Source: Vicugna vicugna (taxonomy: Eukaryota). Taken from it: DNA of 64,000 nt. Positions 14,220-27,668 of the stretch are shown here, piece by piece. Under the pieces are notes generated by a model. The model saw only the letters and a list, made by a program, of their open reading frames with translations, searched no databases and was not told where the DNA came from. A program made the position numbers and the translations under genes. The stretch covers positions 4,169,061 to 4,233,060 of the forward strand of contig MU058423.1 of assembly GCA_013265495.1 (NCBI GenBank). The letters run 5' to 3'. Position 1 is the first letter of the stretch. Each line of letters begins with the position of its first letter.

Positions 14220-15140
14220 CTGTAGAAACAAGACAACACAGAGGCTGGAGACAAGTCCACACGGCTTATAAGTTATCAACACAGGAGCGTCTCTTACTCA
14301 AATGCATCGCTTACTTAAAGAAAGATGTCCACTGATGAAATGCTTTGGCAAACATGGCTATTTCAGGTCCATTCATTTGCTCAGGCCTCCGTGATATCGT
14401 TTTTATGATATGGGAGGAAATCAACGGAAAACTTCCAAGGAAATAAGGCATCATGCTCTTCACTGCTAACAGATCATAATGGAGGTTCCATTTGTTAGGG
14501 CATTTTTAGATGGTTTAATGAATGCCATGAGAAGTTTGTATATCAAGGATAAATCAATATGCCATCAGTGTAAAAATCTCTTTTAAATTATTCAAACGAG
14601 CTTATCTGTTATACTCAATATCTGAGAACTGCTGAACATTGTTAAAGTGCAATATGAATGCACTTTGTTCATTCAAAGGCCGTTTTACTTTATGATTTGG
14701 GATGGCACTTTATATATATATATATATTTATACTGGATTGTGATGAGACTTTGGATATTGTATCTGCGAGGCATGTCAGTACAGCTTTTATGCAACCCAG
14801 ATTAATGATCATGAAAGAAAAATGAATTTTGTAATCCTAAATTACTTTCAACATAGGCATAATTTGAGACTTATAATTTTCATTATAATGTCTATGTACA
14901 GGACAATATAACTTACATATAGTAAAAAGTAAATAGAATATTTTCTTTTTCCTCACACATTGTTACATAGGGTATTTTTACTTCTGAAGCTCTGTTCTGC
15001 TTAAAGGTTGAATCAGAAATGAGAATTCCTTAGGCTTCCGTTAGCTTGAAAGGTAACAGCAGCTAGTTTGTGGCTTTTAGAATTTGTAGGTCAAAGTTTC
15101 CTTCTTTGTAATCTCACTGTATAATCTTGGGAAAGTTATT

Positions 15141-15282
15141 TTTTTGGGGGAGGGTTGGGGGAGATAATTAGGTTTACTTATTTAATTTATTTTTCAATTT
15201 TTTTAAATGAAGGTCCTGGGGATTGAACACAGGACCTTGTGCATCCTGAGCACACACTCTACCACTGATTCATGCCCTCCCC
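15141..15282 (-). mobile_element. Vic-1-like SINE (more diverged copy) inserted into a MIR
   Basis: Reverse complement aligns with the 58338 copy, including the taaacctaatta tail motif. TSD tcttgggaaagttatt (15125-15140) / tcttgggcaagttttt (15286-15301). Confidence 0.82.
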
Positions 15283-15427
15283 TACTCTTGGGCAAGTTTT
15301 TAAGTGCCTCTGTCTCTTAGTTTCCTTTATTTTAAAATGGTCCCATTAAGAGATTTTCTTGTTAAAAACCAAATAAATTCACACCAAACAACTAACCAAG
15401 CAATCAACCATGAGAAATCCTGAGAAT

Positions 15428-15465
15428 TTCAGTTAATATCAGCAAGTTCAGTTAATATCAGCAAG
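15428..15465. repeat. Perfect 19-bp tandem duplication
   Basis: ttcagttaatatcagcaag x2. Confidence 0.95.
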
Positions 15466-18400
15466 TGTCTTAGATTAGCAATGGAGATTCAGGGTTTAAT
15501 GTTATAAAGAGAGGTCCAGAGGTTTGGTTCTGTTTTGTCATAGGGACAATTAGTAGGTGATTTCTTCAAATAACGTGGAGTACCTTAGAATCATTATTTA
15601 TTTCATATTGATTAAGTTAATTTTGAAGTTTAGCAATCTTCAGATACAAACATTTATAAGACTAAGAGTGACATACATACGTAAAAACAAAGCTAAATAA
15701 AATTTAAAATCGCTCTCCTTGTTTGGCTTGGTTTGTAATTAATACCTGGAGTTTTATTTTAATTGGCACTTTCTCTTTTAATGTGTGTGTATATAGTAGC
15801 TATTTAATTTTTTTTAAACAGTAATTTTGTTGTGGCTTTAAAACTGTTTGTCTGTACATATATAAAAATACTAACCTATACCAAAACAACTGTAATATGT
15901 TTCTTACTATATAAAGTGTATAAATTGACAATGAATCACCAACATTTTGTAAGCCAGGGAGCAGAGTTACATCTGGCCAACATGAATTCACTAGTCTGTT
16001 AGCTCATAACAACTGATTAATATAAGGTGTCAGATGCAAAAAAAATGTGAACAAAATTTTTTAAATGTGGAACATCTAAACCACAGTACATCTCAGTGGT
16101 TGTCATATAAAAAGGTGGTAAGTATAATGTCACTCATCATGAAAATAAGTGACAAAGAGAGGTGGGGTCTACACCCTACCTTAACATAAAAATAATTTCA
16201 TATTTAAAGAAATGCCAGTTATGACTATGATCAATGGTAGATGCTGGGGTGGTGAGAATGACCTTGGAGAACTATACTTATTCCATGAAACTAGGAAGAA
16301 TATGCAGGACTATTATACTAAAAAAACAGCATGAAATACTTTTGGGAGTTTGATTTAAAAATGTATACTACACTTGATTTGTAGGCATTAGAAGAAGCTA
16401 GTGTTTGCTTTGTTCTTTAGAAAGTAACTCTGGTTACCTGATCTTGGGTTTCCAGGGGAATAAAAACAATAATACATCATGAGATATCTTTAGTAGCAAC
16501 TGCTGAGCTCTGCATTTCATTCTGATGTCAAACTTGTTATCAAGGATTATTAGCAGTGATGACCCAAGGTCACAAACCAGGTATCTTCTAGTTTCCTGCT
16601 TAATGCTTGAGTTTACATGAAATGGGAGCATGCAAGGATGTCATCTTCATAGAATTACTGCATCATACAGGGTAATTACATGCATCTTTGGAAACATGGC
16701 TGGGTTTGGAATTTGTATGAAAAATGAGTAAATTTGCCAGGAATCACAAAGCTGCAATCACTGTGGAAACATGGAATACCCTGCATTTTATATTTGCCAT
16801 AATACAAATGATGCAAATAGTTTAAAAGACATCTACGTCAACACAGTCTACATTTTGTCAAAGACAGGTACTGTTCCCTCCCAGTCAGGACGCTGGATTT
16901 CATTGCCAACTGTTAAAGAAATGGCAAAGTGCCTTTTCCTTCTCTTAAATTTAAAGAAGACTTAGACGAAGTTTGAATTTTCAGAGATTAGTGCCTAATT
17001 CTGTGACAGTGAATTGGGCAAATATCCATTCATTTTCATTAGCGCTTTCTTTAAAAAAATGGTATTAAAATTAACTCTCAATTACTCGTGGTGTATCCTC
17101 TCAAATTTAATTCTCAGTCCTGCTACAAGCCCTTTGGGGAGCTTACCTGTGGAAAATAGTGAATGGGTTCACACTGCCCTGTAGGGCAGACCTTGGTAAT
17201 GGACAGGCATCCAGCGGCCTTCAGAGAGCAAACTCCAGCTCAGCCGTACACGCAGGCAGTGCTACAGCTCTGCCCTTGGCCCCTCAAGTGGGAGGAGCGG
17301 AACCTACAGCCCCTTCAGGAAGTTGTTACTGATTCATTGTGTCCTCATAAGACCAAAGACAAAAGATGGACCGTAGCAAATACCAACTAGTCAGGTTTTT
17401 CAGTTCATTCTTTAAAGACAATTTTACCCCTAAAGAAAAGGGCCACAATTTAAGGAATTTTGGTATTTGGGGGGAAGGAGTTGTAGCTAATTTTAATGGT
17501 ATCTAAAAATACTCATCTTTGTGCTTACCAGTGATTTCACTTCATTTGAAGAGTATAAAGTATTGAATACGTTTGCCTCAATAAATGAAATTTCCCCAAG
17601 GTTTATAATTTTAATTAATAAACTTTCTAGATATGGAGAAAACAACTGCTCTTGATTTTTTTTTAAGTAGAAATAAATACAAGAATGCATGTTAAGCTTT
17701 CCACATTTCATCTGTGGTTTATGTGATTTAAAGGACAAAATCTGAATGACTAACTTCTTGTCCACGGATAATCAAACATGGATTTACAACAGAACTATGC
17801 CTCTTAGAATTGGATAGGAAGTGCAGACTTTGTAGTTCACAGACTACTTTAGGACTGGAAAAGGGCCAGACTTCATCAGAATAGAATACTCTGAATGAGA
17901 CATATGGTGATATTGTTAAGGCACATGCTATGGGAAATTTTATGGAATAAAATATTTTTAAGGCCTTTTTCTTTGATTTATTTAAAATAATATGAAATTG
18001 ATACTGTAAAACATTTTAATTTTTAATTTAATTTTGAAAAAAATGACTACATTTTATTTCTATGTTCCTAGGGTTCCTATTTATTTTACCTTTTCTCTTG
18101 TTACCATATTTATAGCATGACATTTATATATTTTTACAAATGACATTCAGCAAAATGCAACTACATTCAAAATTCAGACAGCTATGTGAATTTTGGTTTT
18201 TATTAATATCCTCAAACTTTTGTAACCCAAATGTTACAAAGGCAACTGAACGTCTTCTGTTCGCAAGCTTGTAGTGGAATTGCTGCTGTCATCCTAAAAG
18301 CACACCGTAAGTAGAAGTCTGACAAGCTTAGCTTCGCTAATTGTGTCAGAGTAGTTGGGAGAAAGTGTTCAAGCTTTGAAGTCAGGAAGCTAACTCTTCG

Positions 18401-19860
18401 CTAAAACTGTGTGATTTGGGTCAATTTGCCTTTCTCTTCTCAACTAAAGAATAGGGGAAATTATCAGTGGAATACTTACCACCGCAGTTTTGTTAATGAG
18501 GATTAAGTAAAAAAACATATTTGCAAGTCACAGTTTACCAAGTGTTTCCGATGTATCCCATAAGATACCCATTTGGCCAGGAGTTCTCAGTGACTTACCT
18601 AAAGCACACAGCTATTAAATAGCAAACTGGGATTTGAACCCAGATCTCCAGCCTCTAAGTCCAGGAATTTCTCCACTAATTCACAAACAATAAGGAAGCA
18701 CTTTGAAAAACAGAACATACCGTAGACATAAACAGTTTTGTGTAAACTTGGCCCAATTTAACGCAAAACAACTTGTCCGGCTATTTTAAGTGACACTTGG
18801 CAAATGCTAATATGACATTGACAGTCCAATCAGAAAACAATGATCCCAGAATTGCAGATTGATTTGATTCCTTTTTTTGTTGGAAAGATCACCTTTCATC
18901 TGTGTATTCTATTTAGCCTCTATGTGAATAAATTCTACCTTTAACATTGGTTTCCTATACAGTTACCTATTGGTGTGGTAACAGATACATATGTATCCTT
19001 CACCATTCTGAACATATGCATTTCTTCAAAGTACATTATGAAGTGAAATTCCATTTCTCATTTCTTATTTTTCCATCAGCTCCCTTTTTAAAGACAGGTT
19101 CCATTACGCAAAAGCTAGGAGAAGCTTTTTTAGGGGGAAGGGCACCTGGTTCTCCCCAGTTGACATGATCAGTATTCATAGTGGGTAGAAAGAGTGCTCA
19201 CAGGAGCCCTGTGGTCCCAGTTTTCTGGTGCCCACGTGCTTTGGGAGCCAAGAGAATTAATTGCCTTGAATAGTTCTGAAAAATTGCTTCTCCTTTTGGG
19301 GGCTATAGGAAAATTCAATAAATGGAATTTCATTACTATGGATGGAAAAGTCAGGCAAACTTCTACATCACCAATTGCTGGTGGCTTTCAATTCCAAATG
19401 ACAATATTTTAAATCAATATTTGTTGATTACCAATTATTTGCAAAAGTTTGTGCCCTAACTTCTCATATGTATAATTAAATACTTTATAATGAGTTTCCA
19501 TTTTGAAAGTTGAATGTATAACTTAAGATTTTAAAATCAGATTGGAATGACCAGGTTTTAAGATTTCATGCAAAAAAAAAAAAGGAAGAAAGAAAAATAA
19601 AAAGAAAATTCTTCATCTCTTAAACATGATTTTTCAGCTCATCATTTTTAAAGCAACAATAAGATAGGATTCAAAAATACATCCCCCAACTATGATTTCA
19701 ACCAGCACAAGTGAATTTTAACTCCACCACAAGGATGTTTTCTCCATTGAAAAAGTTCATTCTGGCTCAATGTGGTGCAAATCACCAGCCTCTCCACCTT
19801 AAATAGCTCCCCATCGCTCCAAAGGCACAGAATAATAGCTGAAATTATAATGGAACTGAC

Positions 19861-20028
19861 CTATGCATACATTCTCATCGTCCAGCTGTGCAGAAGCATT
19901 TCTGAAGTAGCCCAGCCTGCATAACTCACAGTGCTGCCCTCTAGTGTTGTGTTTACAGCTCACGCAAATGACTGTATTTAGCAGATCGATATAACTGCAT
20001 CGATTGGAGTGGCCGAAGCATTCACAAT
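19861..20028 (-). CDS. NTNG1: NTNG1 exon 8 (168 nt, phase 1/1), laminin-EGF repeat 2: (N)[55 protein letters not shown]
   Basis: tttctgttcttccttgcaag|AT...ATAG|gtcagt; 8-Cys LE pattern; lies within ORF 19799..20302. Confidence 0.97.
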
Positions 20029-20103
20029 CTTGCAAGGAAGAACAGAAATGTATACAGAGTGTATACAGTCGCAGAGTAATTGCACACTGCATGCTTGGAT
20101 AAA

Positions 20104-20194
20104 ATGAGAAGTGGAGGAAAAACGGCGGAATGGCATTACATGTATGTGATTTCACATGACACATGGTGACCACAGGTGGTTGTGACTGGCATGG
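20104..20194 (-). promoter_or_regulatory. YCAY cluster (candidate NOVA-binding intronic splicing element) upstream of exon 8
   Basis: Ten RTGR tetramers on the plus strand (YCAY in the pre-mRNA) within 91 nt. Confidence 0.65.
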
Positions 20195-21199
20195 AAGTAG
20201 CATCTGTTTCAAGCAGGAGAGAAAGGTTGGACATTTAGAACATGACCAGAGAGTGTTAATTCTTGGCAGACAATATGGATAGAAGCATTTGCAGGTGCAC
20301 ACCTTTTAAAGTTTGGGAAGGCTGTTTCCATTGATGCAAAAGTCTAATTTTTGCACCTTGAAAACTTTACTGTCTTTGCAACATTTCCTCTTCATATTTG
20401 CAGTCTTAAAAAAGAAAGAAGGAAGGATGTCAGCATCTCAAGCCTAAGTCTGCCATTACCCATGGCTCCTTTGTTTAGAGTCTTACTATCATTTATGACA
20501 AGACGGTAACTCAGTCAAGGTTTCACTGAAGAACTCATGGAAAATTTAATAGGGATTTAGATAATTAAACAATTCTTAATTTTTGTTTTTTCCAGATGTT
20601 AAGAGGAGAAGATGGCTTTTGCAAGCTTTTCATCAGGCCAAATCTGCATATTTGCGTTATGTGTGAGGGACAGCACCAAAAACCGGGAGATTATTACTAC
20701 GAAAAAAGTGTTCTTAAGATTTCCTTTTCTTAAGAGTTTCAAGCTACGTCTGCTACAAAAGAAGAGTTAGGCAACTATTGTACCCTCAGATTCCTTTTCC
20801 TTTGTCTCCCCAAAATGTTGGCCTTGTCTCTGAGGCTCAGGGGTGATGAGAGAGCTAGACCAGGCGTTGCGGGGAAGGGTGGAGAATGACAGATTGTCTC
20901 TCCTTTGCATTTCAACCAAAGCAAGTTGTTAATCTAATTCAACCTTTTAAGAAGAAGTGGTAAAAACAAAGCCTCTACTGGTGCAATCATTACTAAATCA
21001 GACAGAAAAAAGGTGCAAGAAATAACTAGGTGAGGAACCTATTTTGTCTTCTCAAAGTATGGGGATAGGCCTAGCTCACATTTATAAGGAAGGTCAACTA
21101 CGAAACTGTAAACCTTGTGTGTCAAAAAATATCCCTTTCGTAAAGGTCTGGCTTTTATTTTATCCCACCAGGAAGCCAAACACAGTCACTGTTTGACCC

Positions 21200-21272
21200 C
21201 ATTCATTCATTCATTCATTCAATAAATAATTTATTGGGTTGATCTATGTGTCAGGCACTATACGAGGTGCTA
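21200..21272 (-). mobile_element. L2 3' terminus with (CATT)n tail
   Basis: cattcattcattcattcattcaataaataatttattgg...ctatgtgtcaggcact. Confidence 0.7.
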
Positions 21273-21798
21273 AGTTACTCTTCCGGTCTAGATAAAATTT
21301 TGGAAGTATTGCATTTGATTGTATTTTCCCTGAGTAAAAATGAGTAAGTATTGTCAAAATGAATAAGGAAGGGTGATTAGCTTTTTTTTTTTTAATTAAC
21401 ATGCTGACACTCATCAGAATGGCGTGGATTCATTTATATGAGGGCCAGTTACTATAGCAGAGAGCTGAGGTCAAACCCCCGACAGCATGAAATCAAATTT
21501 GGATAGAAACAGAGGAGGACACCAGAAATGGTGAAGAATGGAAGATACCCTGGAATAGGGTTAGCACCTTGGGGACCTTAGATGCTTACAAGAAAGGCAA
21601 GAAGAAGGGGAGGTTCCTGAAGGCAAGCCCCTTCCTGTACAGGAGGCTAGCTTCTCACTGTGTGCATGTGTGCTAGGAGTAGGAGGTTGGAGGGGATTCA
21701 GAGAAACCAGTGGAAGAAAGAGAGTTCTGGGAGAAAGAGGCCGTGTGGGAGATGGGGTAAGAAAATGCTGCAAAAATGTAGTGGTTAAGTCATGGAAA

Positions 21799-21801
<3 letters not shown>

Positions 21802-21842
<41 letters not shown>

Positions 21843-21860
21843 CAACAACAACAACAACAA
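21802..21860. repeat. Compound (AAT)n(AAC)n microsatellite
   Basis: Visible directly; explains the poly-Leu and poly-Asn ORFs here. Confidence 0.95.
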
Positions 21861-23369
21861 AAATAACAGAATTCCATACCACCAAATTAAATTCTCTTAG
21901 AAAGCAAGCATTATGTCTCCGAGTTCAACCTTGTTTAAGCTGGTACTTCTGAATCCCTAGAAAAGATCCTTGCTTAGTTGACAGTTTGAGACAGCGAGAA
22001 TCTTTCCTGCCTGGAGTCACCCCGGAGCAGCAGTTGCAGGGAGGAGACCCCTCGACCCAAATCTAATTGCTTCCCAAGGACTTCTACAGAGCTGCCTGGC
22101 ATTTCTGAGGAGTGGGCACTCACAGCTCCGTGCTCAGGCCCCCCCGCTCCAGAAGAGGCCCCTCAGTGGTTGTCCTTCTTCACACAGCCCTGCCCTTGGT
22201 GCACCTAATAAACTTAATCCGGCTTCTTTCCAAAGAATCTTTTAAGTGCATAAATTCACCCTAGGAACTTTTCAGAGCCACATGGAAATAAGTCCTTGCT
22301 GTCAAGAAGCTTGTTCAGTGGGTAAGACAAAATGCTCAGCTAAGTAGAAAACGAAAAGGATGTGCTTAAGAAAACAGTGAGACAAAAGTGATACAAGGCG
22401 AGATTCCTTTAACTTGAGCAGAATTAGGAAAAACTAACTTAACACTGATCTTAACACTGAATATTCCACGAGGGCAGGCATGGTTATTTATTTTTTTAAA
22501 GGAGGGATGAGCATTTCCAGTGAAAGGCATAGAGGGTACAAAGACACGACAGAGGGAAATGGGAGAGAACAGGGCTGGAGAAGCTTCACGACATGGCTCC
22601 TCTGTGGGTATTTGAAGAATTATTTCCACAAGATCTGCCCAGGAGCCAGAACTACATGCTGGGCTTCATCTGACAAAGCTTTACCCATGAGAAAAAGTAT
22701 CTGAAATCCAGTTCCAGTGTTTTCAAGACTCAGTCCATGAATCTCCATAGACATTGTCACCTACCATTCTTTCAATTTAATGAATAGTATGAATTCCTGT
22801 GACAACATTACTTATTTGTTTCTGGGTCTTGTTTGAAAGGCAATTTATTAATTTTCATAGGAAAAGTTAAATAATATAAATTATATAAACGATTATATAC
22901 AAAACCATACACAGCTAAGTACTCAATATTATAAACTTGTTTCAGAAGATAAGTGGATATTTAACATGTCTTATTATCTAAGAAATGAGCTAATAGTAAC
23001 TTGATTCTATTAAGTCTAAGACTCTTCTGAGATTTTGATAAAGCTGTCTTCTCTAGCCATGGCACATTTGAGAATAAAAAGTGAGAAAAAGATCTTCAAA
23101 AGTGATTTGAAAAATATGAGATCACCATACAAATGCAAGGCATTTAAAAGGTAATTGTTAGACTGCTGCGTTATTTTTCAGTTTTCTGTTAATTTCCCAT
23201 TCTTTAGAAACTGGTCTTTCCACATAGGCACAGAATCCAGGAATGACCATTAGTGGTAGAGTTAGAGCACTACCATATTAAGATCCTGAAGATTCTATTA
23301 ATAGTTCAATAATTCTTTGATCCTGTAATTCACCAACCTACCGTTTCCTCCCTTCATTTTTTACAAAGT

Positions 23370-24840
23370 ATAGCGTCAACGGTCCATCCTTAGAATCACT
23401 TCCTTTTATATACTGTCATCTCCCTCACCTTCTACCCTCCATCCTCAATTGAGTTCTCCTGGGAAAACCGGATCCTGGTGAAGTCCAGCTCTCCACTGCT
23501 CCATGCGTACACTCCAGCTACTAAACGTGGCTGGAGTTTTTCTACAACTATTTTGAAGCAACTCTCACTTTAAGCTCAGGACTGTAAATAACAAAAAGGG
23601 CTCTCAGGGCTTCCTGGCAACCCTTCCTGAAAAACAGGGTCACCACTCTCTCTTCATTAACTTCCTTCCCCACCCACCATTGCCTTTTCCATTTTCCTGC
23701 TTTTTGTCCTATCTTTTCAAATGCCTCAGGGCTTAGCCTTTGGGCCTCTTTGCTCTTTAAGCTCACCCTGTAGCCACGGCTTTTTTACCCAACCTCATGA
23801 CTTTATAAACAATCAATACGCTGACCTTTCCAAAATAGTTATTTCCAGCCTGGCCCAACTCCCCAGTTAGTTACCGAGACTTCACTCAGACTGATACATT
23901 CAGTTTCTCAATGTCTCCCCTTGGGCATTGAATAGATGTCTCGACTTTAGCATGCTCAGAACTGAGCTCACAGGTTACCTTCCCAAACCTACTTACATAG
24001 CAGTCTGCTTTATCTCGGTAAATGATAACTCCACTCCTCCAACTGCTTAGGTCAAAAAACTCCTGGAGTTATTCTTGACACTTCTCTTTTCTCACCCCCA
24101 ACAACCAACCAATCAACATATCCTTTTGATTTTGCTTTTAAGACATACTTCAAATCTCACCACTTCCCACCACCTCATCCTTAGTTAAGGGCACCTGAGC
24201 TATCGCTGTTCTCAAACTGCTTTCCGGCTTCCGTCCTTGTAATGGTCTCCCTTCCACACATCAGTCAGAATGGCTTTTTCAGAACTTCAATTAGGTCATG
24301 ATACCCCTTTGCTCATCACCCTAATGGCTTCCCACCTCGTGTAGAGTAAAAGGCAGTTAGAGTTCACTCATTCCCAACTGGTCTGGCCCCTAATTTCCCA
24401 GGGGCTCATTGCTACCACTCTCCTCCTCATCCACTGTGCAGTGCCTCTAGGTTGCTCTGAAATCATGCCAAGCACTTCCCCAGGGCCTTTGCACTTGCTG
24501 TTACCTCCATCTGGGCTACTCCTTCCCCAGACTTCTCTATGACTTGCTTCCACACTTTGGTTTTCAGTCTCTGCTCAAAGAAAAGATTTGACCAATCTAT
24601 TTGAAATAACAGCCCAACCCAAACAAACTAACCCTCCCACCATTTCCTAATCCTGTTTAAAGTTTTTGTAGAATTTAGAGTATCTGAAAAGTGCATTAAA
24701 AAAAATTCTCCCCTCTACTTCGAGTGTAAATATGTGTGAAGACTGTGTCCATTTTGTTCACAGAGGCACACACAGAACTCAAAACATCGCCTAGCACATA
24801 CTAAGCACTCAAAACATGCTGAATGAGTGAATCAATGAGT
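23370..24840 (+). mobile_element. Long L2 (L2a-like) LINE fragment
   Basis: Pyrimidine-rich L2 body (cctggagttattcttgacacttctctttt; cagggcctttgcacttgctgtt) ending in gcctagcacatactaagcactcaa...tgaatgagtgaat. Confidence 0.75.
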
Positions 24841-25285
24841 CACTGATCCTTTGCGAAATAGAGGAAGACATGGAGGAAAGTTATGTTTAAATTCATTCCT
24901 CCACAACTCAGATTCCATAAGAGAGTCTGCCTATGTCCCACATATTAAAGAGTCTAGAAAATCAACAGCCACACATCAAGATACAACTAAGTGACTATTT
25001 TAGCTGACAGTTGACTGTATGTTTATGCAGATCAGTTTAAGTAGGAAAAAGGAGATTTCTGAAAACTGCTAATGTTTTATATATTTTTTCAATCTCAAAT
25101 CGCATTGTAGACTGTATTTTATTTTTCAGACAAGTGTTTTAATTACTGTTGTGCAAACAAGGTAATGGGGTCCTCTAAAACACACTTCAGGGTGCGGCAC
25201 CCCAAGCCCTGGCAACACATATTTACTGAGAACCACCTCGTACCTGGGGACAACGTGAAGAGGCCCAGTCCCCCAGAGTCTAGAG

Positions 25286-25457
25286 CAGTTTCTCAATTTC
25301 AGCGTTACTGACACCTCGGGACAAATAATTCTTTGTTTCCCTATACGTTGTAAGGTTCCCAGAAGCATCCCTGGGCTCCACCCGCTAGTCAGTAGTAGCC
25401 CCGAAGCTGTGACAACCAATCCTCTGAGGGAGAAAAACCTCCCATCTGACATGCATG
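25286..25457. mobile_element. MER20-like hAT-Charlie relic
   Basis: cagtttctcaatttcagcgttactgacacctcgggacaaataattctttgt...gcatccctgggctccacccgctag...gtgacaaccaa; flanked by gtctagag / atctagga. Confidence 0.75.
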
Positions 25458-27608
25458 ATCTAGGAGGCAGTTATGATAATACGGTGCTTGAAAACTGGCT
25501 AGTTAAGAGCAATACAAGCTAGTGATATTCTAGAAGAAGAGCTCAAAGTTGGCTTTCTAGATCAGGAAAGACCCAAACCTCTTCTAAGGTTTAAAGGCTC
25601 TTTTTTGACTGAGACTGGCTGGGGAAGGCCTGAGCAGGCAGGGGTTACAGGAAAACAAAAGGCTGGAGAGAAAGAGAATAAAAGAAAAGGAATGTAAAGA
25701 ACAGGAGGGAGTTAAAGGTCCGCTTGGCGTCTTCCCTCTTCTTCCTTCTTCCTTCCGTGTTGCCTCCAGTTCCATTATCACGTTACCTATGTAACCTGAT
25801 ATAAGATGCATTGCAGAATATGAGATAAAGTGTTCTGAATGTGGCACACATAGGTTTATTTATCTATTTTGGGGCCAAGTGAGGAAAGCTAATTCAAAGT
25901 GAGAGCTGGTGAAAATTAGTCACTCAAAAAGAAAAGATTTGGGGAAAAGACTTCAGATAGCAGGACTTAGAACCCTTAAAAAGAAGTGTTTTCCCTTCAC
26001 TACATTAGCAGTCACCAACCCTCCAGGGGCCTCCCCCAGGGGTAGGAATGACGTGGCCGCAGCATTTTCCTGGTTCCTACCCTACTCCCCACCCTGTCCT
26101 GCAACTTTTTGTACCTTTTGGAGTTCTTCCAGATACATCATTTGATAACTATTACTCATGGATTTTTCTATGAAAAGTCTGCTTCATTAGGTGGCTTCTC
26201 CCTGACTCTGGAGATGTGTTCAGACTTCATTAGTGCTGTGACCCCAAGAAACTTGAGATTCAATGACGCAGGGTGAAACTTTAGGTCCAGAGGCCTCTTG
26301 CATACCCAGTGCTTGACATGACATAAAAGAAACGGACTTTATAAGGGTCCCAAATGCTTCCTTTCTCCTTCGCCTCCTTGGTTGCTTTGTGTAGATTCAC
26401 ATATCATAGATAAGGAGCCACATCCCTACTGTGGCTCCAGTGACTACCTTGCGATTTGCACACGTGCTCTGATAGGCCTGACACCCTATGAACCTGGGGC
26501 TGCTATGTTCCCAAAGAACTTACTTCCCCCAATTTCAAATCCATTTGGATTCCTCTGAAAAGGGCACCGCCAAACACATAAAAGCACATTGTGAGGAAAG
26601 TTTAAGACATGGTTTAAATACTATCGGTTTCCTTTTCCCACCTTCTGATCACATTCCTCCTTGTCTCTGTGTATCCCAGAAGGACCAATTCAAGTTGATT
26701 AAACTCTGGAGAATGAGTTGAGTCTTTTCAATAAGGAACAGAGACACTATTATGGTCATTTTCACCAAGTGGGTCAAACCAAATTCAGATATTGTTAATA
26801 AATATATATATCTTTGTAAGAAGTGTTTCATGAAAAACCAAAACCCAAAAACAAAACAAAACCCCCCAACATGACGTATACCCGACAGTCAAGGGTGGAA
26901 AAACAATACACACTTGTCACATAGGACATTCAAAAGAAAATGGTGAAATAAAAACAGGAGTCTTTATGTTTCCTGAAAAAACTTCAGTCTGTGAATGACA
27001 GATGTTAGCTGGAACGAGCCATTCATGAGTCACAGATGAGATTCCACTTGCTTTCAGTTAAAGAAAGCAATGTAACTATTATTTCTGGGTCATGATCAAC
27101 ACTTAACCCAGTGTAGCTTTTCACTGGTATTTGTTCAAATTCATTCCAGACAATGTGTGGAAGTAGAAACTCCAAGATATTTAATTTGCCACAAAGTCCA
27201 ATGAACACCATACATGGAACCTGCCATTCTGTTCTCATGAAAAGCATCCTGGAAACTCACTGTAAGCGGGTTTCCTTATTTTTAATGCAAATGAGTTAAC
27301 AATGTTAATACTCTAACATTCATGTTCTAAACAGGAAACTAAAGTGTTACAATTCTTATTCACACATTAATCTTTCAGAAAACAAATACTGCAGCATTTT
27401 AACTTTGCAGCAAATTTCTGAGTGAAGCTTTTTCCCTCTCTCTTACAGATGACATTCTCAGTACTATGCGATGCATTGATCATTACCAGTCAACATGCCT
27501 CACCAATAAGCTGATGGGTACACTTCACAGATATTCCAGATTCATACAGTGCAATGTTTCACAACACATAACACCATGAAATCACTGTATGAATCCAAGA
27601 ATTCCTAC

Positions 27609-27668
27609 CTCTCTTGTGGTTTGCAACTTGAACAGAAGAAACTGTTGACAAAGCTAATTTGGGAGCAA
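27609..27668 (-). CDS. NTNG1: NTNG1 alternative exon 7 (60 nt, phase 1/1): (V)APKLALSTVSSVQVANHKR
   Basis: ttcttttaaacctatccag|TTGCTCCC...AGAG|gtagga. The peptide matches the second part of the isoform insert (from memory). Confidence 0.9.

Noticed and set aside
19799..20302. 167-aa ORF extending ~270 nt upstream of exon 8 in frame
   Set aside because: Only 20028-19861 has splice signals and the LE pattern. The extension covers the pyrimidine tract and YCAY cluster and reads as non-protein.
21561..21900. Poly-Leu and poly-Asn ORFs
   Set aside because: Translation artefacts of the (AAT)n(AAC)n microsatellite.
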